A stretch of 44,239 bases of DNA, counting the filler, from Catajapyx aquilonaris (taxonomy: Eukaryota), in NCBI GenBank assembly GCA_000934665.2. It is 2 parts of 2 records of this genome, joined end to end, with 100 filler letters (N's around TTAATTAATTAA, not from the genome) between each part and the next. Parts side by side here need not be neighbours in the genome. Positions count along the whole stretch, not along the records: positions 1 to 21,955 come from JYFJ02005942.1; positions 22,056 to 44,239 come from JYFJ02005943.1. One strand, given 5' to 3'. This document shows, piece after piece, positions 13,640 to 25,879 of the stretch. The first letter of the stretch is position 1; the number at the start of each line of letters is the position of its first letter. A program made the translations under genes and the position numbers. Under the pieces are notes generated by a model. The model was not told the DNA's origin. It saw only the letters and a list, made by a program, of their open reading frames with translations, and did no database searches.

Positions 13640-14019
13640 CAGGGTGTTTGTTACTTGTCCAGCCAGCGGCCGTCAGCGTATTCCTTGAGCCAAAAGAAGT
13701 GGAAAATGTAGGGGAGAGAAATGTCTAGGGAGCAACTTTTAATATGACCTTGGCCAGAAACATTATTGGTCAATGGTTGCCGAAGGAGCAGGACATGAGC
13801 GTAGAAACCGCTACTGTTGGGATTTGTAAGGGCACCTCTCTCACAGAAGTGATCATCACCGCTCATACCCTGGACCTTCGGCAACCACCTCCTAATGTTT
13901 CTGGTCATCTGCCTGGTTAAAGGTTGGTCCCTGGACATTTCTCCTCCCTACATTTTCGACTTGTTTTGGTCCAAGGAATAAGCTGACGGCCGCTAGCTGG
14001 ACTAGTAAAAATCACCCTC
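13640..14019. mobile_element. Tc1/mariner-type MITE, duplicated copy of 4814-5193
   Basis: Same termini, TA TSD and flanks as in copy A, so it inserted before the segmental duplication. Confidence 0.85.
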
Positions 14020-14216
14020 TATAGTGCGATCCAAAATACACCTCTCCAGCTGCTATTGCTATTGTTTTGCAGTTACTTTTGCACAATTACTTCAATGGTA
14101 ACCTATCTGCGATGATCTGGGTTAAAGTTCCTTTACCTATGGATATGTAAGTTTGAATTAATTGGATCTATGCACATGAACAAGATGGCCCTATCAACTT
14201 CCACAATTGATGCACT

Positions 14217-14257
<41 letters not shown>

Positions 14258-16164
14258 TCAATGCCCAAATATTTGGGGTGCCAGCAAATAACAAGGAAAA
14301 ACAACTTCTAGTTGTTTTCTAAGGCCCAACATTTTTCACAGGTTTTCTTTGGCTAAATATTAGTAGCAAATGTTTCGCAAAGTTAATGACTGGCTCAGTA
14401 TGACATGCAGACTAGAGACAATAACAGGGGGGGTGTTAAATTAAAATTCGAACCCATCATGGGTAACCCTCTTCCAAAATATGGTACACATGGTGCTGAA
14501 CAAAATAAATCATATTATCGTCTCTTGTTAGTGTGTTTGAGATGGCCAGGTGGATTGTTCCTGGTCATGGCTGGCAACTCCATCGTAGGAATATGTCGTG
14601 AGTGTAATGAAATGAATGTTCAAATGGTCTCTTGTTATTAAATGTGGGGCTGTGTAGGGGACTTTTGGGAGTGCGCGTAAACAGCATCACTCTTCTCTTA
14701 TCATTCCACTGTCAGATTCAGGAGTTTTTAATACACTGTAGACTGTAGTAAAATGAAGCAAGTCATAAAGGGTGGTGCAAAAGATTTGGTATAGGCGACA
14801 ACTGTCATTCGAAAGACTTACGTACGTATGACTCTGACTAATGATTGGCAATGGATGACATTTCTTGTCAAGCCCAGCAGATGCTACCCCTTCCTTGTAG
14901 ATAACTTATTCTGAGTTAAAAAGCGAAATCATGCGAGAAGAGTGATGCTGTTTACATGCACTCAAAAAAGTCCCCTATACAGCCTCACATTAACTTGAAA
15001 AAACAATATACGCGGTCCGTGTAATAACTGGTTCACAACTTCGGTGCATTGATAGGAATCGCAATCTACGATCCATTTTTGTGGCAAGCGTTTGAATCCA
15101 TCGCGATGTCTTGAACTGTCTCAGTATTTTGGACCCAGCCGCTGTCGCTTATTTCCGCCAGGTGGCGATTTCTGTGCATAGCCATTAATGCAGGGTACTG
15201 TACGGGCAAACCCTAACCAGCACTTTATTATTCATGACTACTGCCGCACATGTACGCAGACTGCACCACAGAGTAAGAAAACACTAAAATCTATGCACAT
15301 ATTGCCATGATTCTATGGGAACAAACTTGATGCTCGTTTTTTTTGACGTGCATCCAAGTAAGCGGCCATAAATATTATTGAAAACCTCATTACTGCATGT
15401 GAACTGAAAAATACATATTCAAGTAATAAAACTTTAAAGACAAAGGACTCGAAAAAAACAAATTAACATGATCTAACAACCACGTGACATGGCCAACATG
15501 TGATTCTGACATCAGTGAGCTGATCAAGGCTGTAATTTTATTTCTCCTCTTGGATCTGGAGAGATGTACAAGACAGTCGCAAGTTGCTGCTGGATTTTGG
15601 GCTAGTGGATGAACCCTGGGCAGCAAAAGGGCCTGCAATGCAAATGAGGGTGATTAGGGCACTGTACTCACCAGTAGTGGCCGCAGTGAGACGAGGTCAT
15701 AGGCATGGGCTGGAAGGTGTCCCGATGGTGTCCTTGGCAAGGGAGGCAACAACAGGCAGGCCCCCAGTTGGGTCCCATCCAGGCGTCCTGTGGTGGTCTC
15801 CTGCCGGTGGAAGCCTGCCCCTGGTCCTTACCAAAGGCCCGACCACCCTCCGGCTTGACCCCAATCCGTCTGCTGCTGGCCCCACCCAACCCACCCTGCC
15901 CTTCCCTCGCCCTCCCTCCCTCCCTCCGAACCCGGGAGCAGGACTGCAGCAATTTCTTCAAAATCTCGGTCCACATGGAAATGGGCCCCCAACAAGCAAT
16001 AATCACTGAACATGACACCTAAGAAATGTTTCTTTGCCCCCTGTCTGGTTGATTAGGCCAGATAAACTCCATCAATATGCAACGGTCTGTTTAAGTGTAC
16101 TACTGGAGAAGCCATCCCTCTTCTCCATAATTCAAGACCAGCCAAAATATGATTGCATATAAAC

Positions 16165-16327
16165 TTACGTCGGAATTGATTTGACGTACAAAGATCTTGA
16201 TTCGACTTACAAAGGACTTGATTCCACTTACAAAGGACTTCATTCGACTAACGTCAGACTTGATTTGACGTACAAAGGGTTAGATTCGCCTTACGTCGGA
16301 ATTTATTCGAGTTACGTCGGACTTGAT
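16165..16327. repeat. 21-bp tandem repeat, ~8 degenerate units
   Basis: Consensus about TTACAAAGGACTTGATTCGAC / TTACGTCGGACTTGATTTGAC; one frame reads YKGLDST/YVGLD heptads. Confidence 0.9.
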
Positions 16328-17243
16328 GTCTTCATATTGTCGTTCCCAGCTGCCTCATCTCTTCTTCCCTGTACCCAGACGGACAGGTGAAGGAAGTCTC
16401 AATCCGTTGTCCATGTGCCCACTGCCCAGATTTTGCTGCTGTTGGCTGCTGCATGGCAATTGCTTCATATTGTCGTTCCCTGCTGCCTCATCTCTTCTTC
16501 CCTGTACCCAGACGGACAGGTGGAGGAAGACTCTCTTCGTCGTCCATGTGGCCAGATTTGCTGCTGTTGGCTGCCTCCGTGGCAATAAATTGATTCAAAT
16601 TGTCGTTCCCTGCTGCCTCATCTCTTCTTCCCTGTACCCAGACGGACAGGTGGAGGAAGTCTCAATCCGTTGTCCATGTGCCCATTTCCCAGATTTTGCT
16701 GCTGTTGGCTGCTGCATGGCAATTGCTTCATATTGTCGTTCCCTGCTGCCTCATCTCTTCTTCCCTGTACCCAGACGGACAGGTGAAGGAAGACTCAATC
16801 TGTTGTCCATGTGGCCAGATTTTGCTGCTGTTGGCTGCTGCATGGCAATTGCTTCATATTGTCGTTCCCTGCTGCCTCATCTCTTCTTCCCTGTACCCAG
16901 ACGGACAGGTGGAGGAAGTCTCAATCCGTTGTCCATGTGCCCATTTCCCAGATTTTGCTGCTGTTGGCTGCTGCATGGCAATTGCTTCATATTGTCGTTC
17001 CCTGCTGCCTCATCTCTTCTTCCTGTACCCAGACGGACAGGTGGAGGAAGACTCAATCCGTTGTCCATGTGCCCACTGCCCAGATTTTGCTGCTGTTGCC
17101 TGCTGCATGGCAATTGCTTCATATTGTCGTTCCCTGCTGCCTCATCTCTTCTTCCTGTACCCAGACGGACAGGTGAAGGAAGACTCAATCCGTTGCCCAT
17201 GTGGCCAGATTTTGATGCTGTTGGCTGGCTCCATGGCAATTGC
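16328..17243. repeat. Minisatellite, ~7 units of ~126-133 bp
   Basis: Unit TTCATATTGTCGTTCCCTGCTGCCTCATCTCTTCTTCCCTGTACCCAGACGGACAGGT...GCATGGCAATTGC starts at ~16331, 16464, 16595, 16727, 16853, 16986 and 17118. Confidence 0.95.
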
Positions 17244-17489
17244 TGTTGCGGCTGTGGCTGTGGCGCCGGAGGCGGAGGCGGCGTTGGCGGTGGCTGTGTG
17301 GTAAAAAGTGATTCTATGAATCACGTCTGATGCCAAATTTTTCAATGGACCATTTTGCAATGAAATTTCAATGCAAATCAGAGCTACGAGAGGTGATTCA
17401 ATTTGTCTTATTATCATTAGCAGGTTTTGATAACCACTATAGTAGTCTCTATTCGACAGTAACTGCTTAGTAATAAGCATTTGGGATCT

Positions 17490-17872
17490 ACCTGGTTTTG
17501 AAAGTTCATAATTTGCATTTATTTGCAATTGAAATGGCCATAGGAGACACTAGGAATCTTCCAAAATTTTACATTTAATTTTTCTGGCAATAGCACATGA
17601 TGGCCATTTTTTGCTTTGTAAAATGTTCAAGAACAGTGATTTTACGGACATTTAAAATGTGAGCGGGTATACTCCCCCATTGTTATACCCCATATATGAG
17701 GTGTGTTGCCACATTGCTCATTAATACTTGATTACATTAAGCATTACTTTATGTAAGCAATACAGGAATCACTACCAGGAAAATTAAAATTAAAATTCTG
17801 GTAGATCCTTAGTGTCTGCTGTGGTCACGTCATGTGTGAAAAAAATTACAATTTCTCAACTTTCCAGCTCAG
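17490..17872. mobile_element. Old degenerate foldback
   Basis: TGGCCATAGGAGACACTAGGAATCTTCCAAAATTTT (~17536) pairs with AAAATTCTGGTAGATCCTTAGTGTCTGCTGTGGTCA (~17827); weaker pairing extends outward. Confidence 0.55.
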
Positions 17873-18179
17873 GTTTTCACAATTTATGGGACAGACACAT
17901 TATTTTACACATGAGTTTTAACTTTTCCATCTAATGTCATTAGGAACAACCTCCAACAAAAACCATGTTCCCCTGCAGCTAAATCTATCCTTCCTGACAT
18001 TCCCTGAAATTATGCATTTTCTTCCTATTTAAAATCAACACAGTAGGTGCTAGAAACCATTATAATTTCGATTCTATTTTATCTAGCAGCATATCTTGCA
18101 ACACCCAACTTTAGAGCTACGTTTTATTTATAACTGAATATAACATCATCAGAAAATGTTAAATTCTGACTTATTTTAC

Positions 18180-18318
18180 CACATTATTGTTGCTGTTGCG
18201 GCTGTGGCTGTGGCTGTGGTGGCTGTGGCCCCAGAGGCGGAGGCGGCTGCGGCGCTGGAGGCGGAGGCGGCTGTGGCGCTGGAGGCGGAGGCGGCCAGAG
18301 CAGTGGCTGTGGGGGTGG
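18180..18318 (-). other. Low-complexity exon-like block (Pro/Gln-rich in one frame); related block at 17243-17293
   Basis: Acceptors ttttcgtccatctgcag| (18318) and tttttaccacacag| (17293) are both followed by CCACC..CCGCCTCCG..CCACAGCCACAGCCGCAACAGCAA; possible donor GTG|gtaaaa at 18180. Confidence 0.35.
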
Positions 18319-18473
18319 CTGCAGATGGACGAAAACCAGGTACAGAATATTAAATGAACAGATGATGAGAGTGTAAATCTATGTCGCATGCATCATGTTT
18401 TTATTTATGAGTACTCTGAAATCTTTTCCCATTTTGCTTCAAATAACAAAATGTGCAGAACTTAATTAATGTA

Positions 18474-19198
18474 CAGGTAGTTTATAAAAGAATGGTGGGG
18501 TTTCATTAGGGAATAAAAAAAGCTGTTTACAACCTTTCATGGGAGTAACCTGCACCATTAGGAAGACCAAAGGTCCAAGTTTGAGACGAATTACCAACAG
18601 TTCATAATGATATGGTCACCACAGGGCCACTGCAAGACCAGTTTTCAAAATGGCGCCTCTGCAGGAGGAGGCATTCTGTATTTTCCAGGAAAGTCAATGA
18701 CCAAAGGAAGCAGAGAATTTAACATGCCAAAAACGACAGTCTGTAAGGTACAAGTTGCGGTTGGTGCAGGCCCTAACACAAGCAGACAAGGTGAAAAGAA
18801 GTGACTTTTGCCTGGAAATGAAGTCACAAATGAAGGAAAGGTGGTTTCGTGGAATGGCTTGTTTTCAATGATGAAGCCACATTTCATATCGGTGGCAAGG
18901 TTAATGGTCAACACCTTCCAGACTGTCGTTTACGGAATATTCAAAATTCACTGCTTCCTTAGTTCCTTTAGTCACCGACTTTCCATGGAAACACAGAATG
19001 CCCTCCTCCTGCAGACTGGCCATTTTAGAAACTGGCCTTGCAGTGGCTCTGCAGTGACCATAATTAATGAACTGATGGTATAACTCATCTCAAACTCGGA
19101 CCTTTGCTTTTCCTAATGGTGCAGGTTACACCCATGTAAGGTAGTAAACAGTTGTTTTAATCACTTACGAAACCCCACCATTCTTTTATAAACACCCT
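18474..19198. mobile_element. Tc1/mariner-type foldback, ~725 bp, ~270-bp diverged arms
   Basis: TA|CAGGTAGTTTATAAAAGAATGGTGGGGTTTC ... GAAACCCCACCATTCTTTTATAAACACCCT|TA. Confidence 0.8.
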
Positions 19199-19200
19199 TA

Positions 19201-21955
19201 TTAATAATAATAATACAACAACAACAACATCACGACATTTCCCTATGAGGGGTAGTCAGCGATGAAGGGAGACGCAAGCTAACCCAACATATGAACTATA
19301 AAACTCATGATAATAGACCTAAAAACAACCTGTCCCACCCCCCACCCCTGCCCACCTCAGACATCACCTTATCCTCAAACATATTTACCTATTTACCCAT
19401 TAATTAACCTACGCCATTTACACCTATCCAAACAAACAACCTAGCCTCATCCACGTCCATGGTCCTATTGACACAAGAACGTCTTGGCTTAACACTAGCA
19501 ACACCCTTAAGACACTGACCCACCTGGTCCAACCATGTCTTCCTAGGCCTACCCTTGCCCCTCTTACCAACTACTCCACCCAAATAAACCTTCTTCACAA
19601 TCTCCTCCTCCTTCATCCTCTCCACATGGCCAAACCACCTTAGAGTAGACCTACACACCTTATCTTTAACAGTCTCCTTAACATTACACCTCTCCAAAAT
19701 CTCCTCATTCCTAATCCTATCGAACTTGGTAACCCCACAAACAGCCCGGAGATAACGCATCTCTGTAGCCAACACCCTACTCTTATGCCTCTCAGACCAA
19801 ACCCACGCTTCACTACCATACATAAGTGAAGGAACAATAACGTGAGAATAGACAGACAACCTACAGGCAGAAGATAAGTCCTTATTTCTCGAAAACTTAC
19901 TTGTGGCACCTATTACTTTCAACCCAGAACTAACTCTCCTGTCTATTTCCCCATCAATTCTACCATTACTCTCAAGGACACTACCCAGGTATACAAACTG
20001 GTTGACCTGCTCAACCAGTTTTCCTCGTACCTGCAACATACAAGGAGAAACCTGCTGTCCCCTCTCAAATACCAATACCTCAGTCTTATCTACGTTAATC
20101 CTCATGCCCCTCTTTTCACAAACATTATCTAACTTGCCTAGGATCAACTGTAAATCAGCCTCACTCTCCGCCAGAAGGGCAGAATCATCTGCATAAAGCA
20201 AGTGACTAACTAACTCATCCCCAAAACTGCACTCCTACACCTTCAACCATTGCTTCCCTTACACATGCATCTAAGTACAAGTTAAATAACCAGGGAGACA
20301 TGACACAACCCTGCTTAACCCCAACACTAATGTTAAACCAGTCAGAGAAACCCCCACTAGTTCTAACACAAGCTCTACTCTCTTCATACAATGACTTTAC
20401 AGCCTCCAACAGGCGGCCCTTCACTCCATAGAGACTCAGCACCTCCCACAAACCATCCCTACTTACTGTGTCATATGCTTTCTCTAAGTCTACAAAGGCA
20501 ATAAAAACCTTCTTGTTTACAGCTAAATACTTTTCTATCACGAGTCTCATACAGAATATCTGATCTACACAACTCTTACCCGACATAAACCCACTCTGAA
20601 TATTCAGTATTCTCTGACTTGTGGCCCTCTTAACTCTTTCTATCAAAACCTTAGCATACACTTTCCCTGGTACACTTAACAAACTAATGCCACGATAATT
20701 CTTGCAGTCACACACATCTCCCTTACCCTTATACGACTACAGAGGCACTATAATAGCATCCCTCCAATCCCTAGGAACTACACCATTATCAAAAGAAACC
20801 CTACATAAATTAGTCAAAACAGTAACTACATCATCCCCGCCGCACCTCACCATTTCCGAAGAAATAGCATCAACCCCAGGGGATTTACCTAGTTTAAGTC
20901 CTAAAGCAGCAGCTGCAACTTCCTTCTTAACAATATCCCCACAACCATCATTACTTGATACAACATCCCCAATTAAGCTAACAGATACATCTACACTGGC
21001 CTTATCACTTGCTGACAGCAAGTCCTTAAAATACTCTCCCCAGCGCCCTTTCGCCTCTCCTCCATCCCACAGCATGTCACCCTTCTTATCCTTCACACCC
21101 ACTACACTAACCCCATGGCCAGTTCTTAACCTCCTAACAGTCTTCCAAAAAGACTTCTCATCCTCTCCAGGGCCTTCTCCAGCCTCTCACTCTCCTCTAG
21201 ATCTACCTGCTTCTTACTCTCCCTAACAACCCGTGCTGCCTCCCGCTTCCAAAACCTATACTCCCCTGCAGGGACACTACCCTGCAGCATTCCTAAGTAA
21301 GCCTCCTTCTTACGATTAACAGCCTTAGCCACCTCCTCGTTCCACCAACGATCCCCCTTCTTACAACCCACCTTAGCCATACCACAAATATCAACAGCAC
21401 TACTCACTAAGGAGGACTTGAAACAATCCCAACCCTCTTCTAAGGACTTAGCTGTCTTGTTCCCTTCTATCAACCTATCAGAAACTAGCTGTTGATATTC
21501 CAAACCTAATGCTGGAAGTTGCTCAACCTTAATAATCCTCTCAACCACCTCAGGTTTTTTCTTAAACATCCTCCATCCAATACCTAGCCTTAACCTAGAG
21601 ACGACCAGGTAATGGTCGGAACCAACATCTACACCTCTAACCACCTTAGTATCAACTACCTTTGACCTCAACCTATTATCTATCACTACAAAGTCAATCA
21701 AGGACTTCTGACCTAATGACCTATTCTCCCAAGTATACTGATGAATCCGTTTGTGTGGAAACACAGTATTAGACACATACAAGCTCCTCTCTACACATAA
21801 ATCCAATAAACTCACACCATTTCCATTAACCCTGACATCCCCATAACGACCCAACACTCCCTCATACCCCGGGCGAGAGACACCCACCCAAGAATTAAAA
21901 TCCCCTGCAAGAATTATCCTGTCATTACCATTGAACCCATCCAACACAGCACTTA
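19201..21955 (-). mobile_element. RTE-clade non-LTR retrotransposon (APE endonuclease + reverse transcriptase), disrupted, 5' end lost in the gap
   Basis: APE motifs AGDFN, YTW, IDF, GSDH; RT motifs NYRGISLLS, QSGF, FVDLEKAYD, GVKQGCVMSP, YADD; C-terminal LRWFGHVERM and GRPRKTW. Frameshifts near 21165, 20222 and 19435; in-frame TAG at 20737; short 3' UTR ending in (GTT)n(ATT)n. Confidence 0.95.
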
Positions 21956-22055
21956 NNNNNNNNNNNNNNNNNNNNNNNNNNNNNNNNNNNNNNNNNNNNT
22001 TAATTAATTAANNNNNNNNNNNNNNNNNNNNNNNNNNNNNNNNNNNNNNNNNNNN
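21956..22055. other. Assembly gap/linker: 44 N + TTAATTAATTAA + 44 N
   Basis: Exactly 100 positions with a six-frame-stop spacer in the middle; artificial contig join. Confidence 0.95.
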
Positions 22056-23464
22056 AATAAAATTGATTTCCATCCAAAATAAAAAAATATTATGCACACC
22101 TCCAAATACCAGCTTCGTCCGCGCAACCGTCAGCGCCACGCCGTTCTGCCACGTCACATCCGGGGCCCCTCTTCTCTCCCCCTTCCGGACCGGCGTTCTT
22201 TCTCCCAATTTTTGTTCTTTTATTTTTCCCGTTTCACCGGTGTTGAGGGCTTCTGCTTCTCCGCTGACAGCATATTTTGAGAAGGTATGTAATGATTACT
22301 TGGGATGTAATAATCACATGGGAAGATGGGATGTATTAACCACAATTGGATACACAGTCATTGCTGGTGGCGGGACTCTGGGAGGGCTATCCGGATCTGT
22401 TTGGAGTCTCTCTCTAGTTCGATTGGTTTCTCACCCGTGCTCAGCATTCATGACAGCCGCTGATTACGCCGCTGATGACTGTACTCACTAAATTGCTAAA
22501 CCCAGCGGCGTATTAGCTCTGAAATAAGACAACAATGACAACAATTGGCAACTAAAATAATTATTCATTTCAGAGGCGAGAGGCATGAAGGGGCCAAAGC
22601 GATTGGGAGAAGCCAAACCTAAGCTAGCAATCTTTGATTTGGGTAAGTAGTGCAAATCTCTATATAGGATGGCTCTCACGTTTGCACGCATAGGTAATTG
22701 CATTACAATTTTATTGTTGGTTGCCAGGTTGCCAGTGTTGTCAACCAACAATTTTAAAAAATTACCTATGTGTCCAGGCTTTAGGACCTGCATGTATAAT
22801 TGCATAAAATCCTGGCTGCTGCAGACTATATTCAGGGTACAACAACAGTATTGCTCACTGCAAGTTTCACAAACTACTTTCATGCATTTAAGTCACTCAT
22901 GAATTCCCAAACCAAGTGTATGATAATGATTGTATTGGCCTACCAAAAGAACACTACACGAGTGTGGGCTTCATGAGACTTACTAACTGGCCAATCTAAC
23001 TACTGGTTCTAGTTAGGGGTGAATTTTCAACATGGGCTCCGACATTGCAGTCTTCTAAATGCACATGTATGGCAGGTGAAGCCTGAGATGTCCTTCAGGA
23101 ATACTGCCAGATTGTGCAAAGGTTGACATACTAATAAGTCTATACGTATACGTACTTTCTTGTTCAAATATATCAAACAATACTATTTCGATTTCCTACG
23201 CTGTCCTATCCACTGGGACTTCATCTGAATTGACTTTTATAATTTTCTCGTCTTAACTGGCTTAATTAAAAAGTTTAACCCATCGGGGGGAGTTTTAAGA
23301 TATGGTATATTCTTGCAGTTTATGAGATTATATGCTTTGGTACTTTAACATTACTACCGAGAAGTGATCTGATCCTATTAAATTACTTACAGTAAAATCT
23401 AAAGTTGATTTCAATAGCTCCCTGGTTCCTATTTTATAATAACACTATTGCACTTTTCTTTTTG

Positions 23465-23851
23465 TCCCATGTACAAGAGTACATGAATATTCGATTCCTA
23501 TTGTATTTTTTGCTATGATTTCAATTAGCCAATTTCTTATATCACCCACAGTTTTTGAGTAATCGGCATTTTATGGTAGCAATGAACTTCCCGCTTCAAT
23601 GTATATGTAGCACTGATCGACAAACTTGCAATTATTTTGGCGCATGTACATGAATGTGCAATTCCTAAAGTACTCTTTGTCCTGATTTTAAATCCGCTAA
23701 CCATTTTATTCTATCACCTACAGTTTTTGAGTAATTGGCATTTTACAGTAAAAAAGTACTTCATTTTGTATCACTGGTCAACAAAATTAAAATATTTTCG
23801 GCACATGTACATACATACATACATACATACATACATACATACATACATACA

Positions 23852-23882
<31 letters not shown>

Positions 23883-23980
23883 GGGAAAATCATATTGTAT
23901 TATTTGTTCCGATTTCAAATATGTTAACCGATATTTTCTATCACCTACAGTTTTTGAGTAATTGTCATTTTTATGGTATC
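23465..23980. repeat. Three degenerate ~175-bp tandem units; the third contains an (ACAT)n expansion at 23808-23882
   Basis: TATCACCYACAGTTTTTGAGTAATYGKCATTTT at ~23540, ~23712 and ~23939; CATGTACA at ~23468, ~23643 and ~23804. Confidence 0.75.
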
Positions 23981-24183
23981 AAAGTCTCTCTTGATGTAGG
24001 CTAGAGTCATACACTTTGAAATATTTCTCAGTAATGACTAACAGGACCTAGTATGGGCTTAATATGGATTAGTTATGATGCCCCCATTGTAGATATACCA
24101 AAATCCTCATATGGAATCATGTTTACAAAAAATATGCATAAGGTGACAATGAGCAATGTTCAGTAATTCTAGAAAACAAGGTA

Positions 24184-24564
24184 AGGTAAAGTGGGGGAAG
24201 TGTACCCCTGTTTTGTAATAGATCACTTTAAATCATCTATCGCATCCCACCTGTTCCTTGTATCTGAATGAAAATTTTGCCTGCAGTTACTCCTGTCCAT
24301 TACTAAGACACTGTTAGAAGGAGAATGGTTCATAACGAAGTGCTTCAAGGCAGCAACAATCATGCGGAACAATGCATGAGGTGTGCACTTCCCCCGGGCA
24401 CCCGGGGTAAGTGCATCCCCCCCATCCAATTCCTGCATGCAATTATATTTCTGCTGCGATGGGGGCAGTGCGTCATAATCAAAATCAGAGCTAAAACATG
24501 CCATTTACAGAATGATGATATCTCAATTTGTTCAGGAGATACGAACTTCATTGCGTATAACTGC

Positions 24565-24622
<58 letters not shown>

Positions 24623-25197
24623 CCTCCCCATTTTGACATTTGCTGCTTTGGAACTCAGAAGGCTCAGAGTAAGCTAGTGCCAGTAAGTGTAACATGTAAA
24701 GTAAATGTAGCGTAAGTGTAAAATGTAACATTCACACAGAAAATGAACTCAATTATTATGTGGTACATCATGAGTGCACTTACCCCAAGCAGCAGAGGTG
24801 CACTTGCCCCAGCCGTACATTTTCCGGGGGGAAGTGCATACCCCCCCGCCACATTCAATGATTACCCACTTCCATCACTCTTACTGTACATACATATAAT
24901 ACTGTTGAACGCCACCACAACTGTGTAGTAGGGACACTGGGTGATGGAAACTTACCGGAAAAACTCGCTCAGATGTTGCTGGCAGGTATCTCACATCAGG
25001 GGTAGGCAGTGCAGAACTCGCGAAACAGCATGTGCTTCTGGACAAAAAGGGCAGGTAAACCTGCCCTCTTATGCCAGATTACAAGACCATAGTATTCACT
25101 AGTAGAACGATACATGGCGCAGCAATACCTTTCACACATCCCCAGCTAGCAACCAGAGATGCACTTCCCCCGATTGTGCACTTCCCCCACTTTACCT
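24184..25197. mobile_element. Non-autonomous pogo/Tc1-superfamily-like element, ~1 kb, TA TSD; contains (GTAA)n at 24565-24622
   Basis: TA|AGGTAAAGTGGGGGAAGTG ... CACTTCCCCCACTTTACCT|TA; the TIR core TGCACTTCCCCC recurs internally in both orientations. Confidence 0.8.
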
Positions 25198-25513
25198 TAT
25201 ACGATTGTTACAAGAAAATGGATGGCGATATTAAAATTCTGACTTCATATTCACAATCAGCGCCTATACTAATACATGAGAGACACCAAAAATGGTGCCT
25301 TAAACAAAACCCAATGATGCCCAATAAATTAATAATATTGAGCTATGCAAAGTAGGCCTTCTCTCGGGATAGTCAGGCATGTTACAGGAAAATGGATACC
25401 GATAGAAATATTTTGACTTCAAATTCAAACTCAGCGCATTCTAATACACAATAAAAATTGAAAATGGCTCATTTAACAAAACCATCGTTGACCATTAATT
25501 TTATTAGCCACAT

Positions 25514-25879
25514 CAGGGAGCACATACTACATAAGAGGCGCAAACATTCGATTTCCGCGTCTCTCTGTTTGGGGCGTTGCCAAGGCTGGCGGCCATTTTG
25601 AAGTGTGGGCAAATCCAACGAGGTATAAATAGGGTACGTACAGCAAAAATAGGGTCCGCCATCTTTGATTCGCGCGTGTTCTTGCCGTGTAGTTGCCATG
25701 GCCGCCAAAACCATCAAAGATAGCGGATCCTGTTTTTGCCTGTATCCTATTTATACCTCGTTGGCGTTGCCCACACTTCAAAATGGCCGCCAGCCTTGGC
25801 AACGGCCCCAAACAGAGAGACTCAGAAATCAATGGCGCAGATCGAAGTTTGCGCCTCTTATGTTAGTATATGCTCCCTG
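25514..25879. mobile_element. 366-bp foldback MITE with 7-bp TSD GCCACAT (P-like)
   Basis: GCCACAT|CAGGGAGCACATACTACATAAGAGGCGCAAAC ... GTTTGCGCCTCTTATGTTAGTATATGCTCCCTG|GCCACAT. Confidence 0.85.

Larger units (their letters stand above)
1..16164. repeat. Tandem segmental duplication: partial copy 1-726, copy A ~727-9999, copy B ~10000-16100, stub 16101-16164
   Basis: Position 1 = 3537 = 12367 (CCCTGGGTCTTCTTCCCAAC...); TACTGGAGAAGCCA...GCATATAAAC recurs at ~727, ~10000 and ~16101. Long collinear near-identity between A and B apart from large indels (A segments ~1124-1527, ~5658-7202 and ~8268-9420 are absent from B). Confidence 0.95.

Noticed and set aside
16165..17243. CRISPR-like array
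   Set aside because: Contiguous tandem units without unique spacers, no cas genes, eukaryotic context.
16323..17330. 335-aa Cys-rich plus-strand ORF
   Set aside because: It is minisatellite read-through that cycles through all three frames of the unit; no domain, non-ATG start.
22000..22011. TTAATTAATTAA palindrome or piggyBac site
   Set aside because: Artificial six-frame-stop linker between N runs; adjacency across the gap is unverified.
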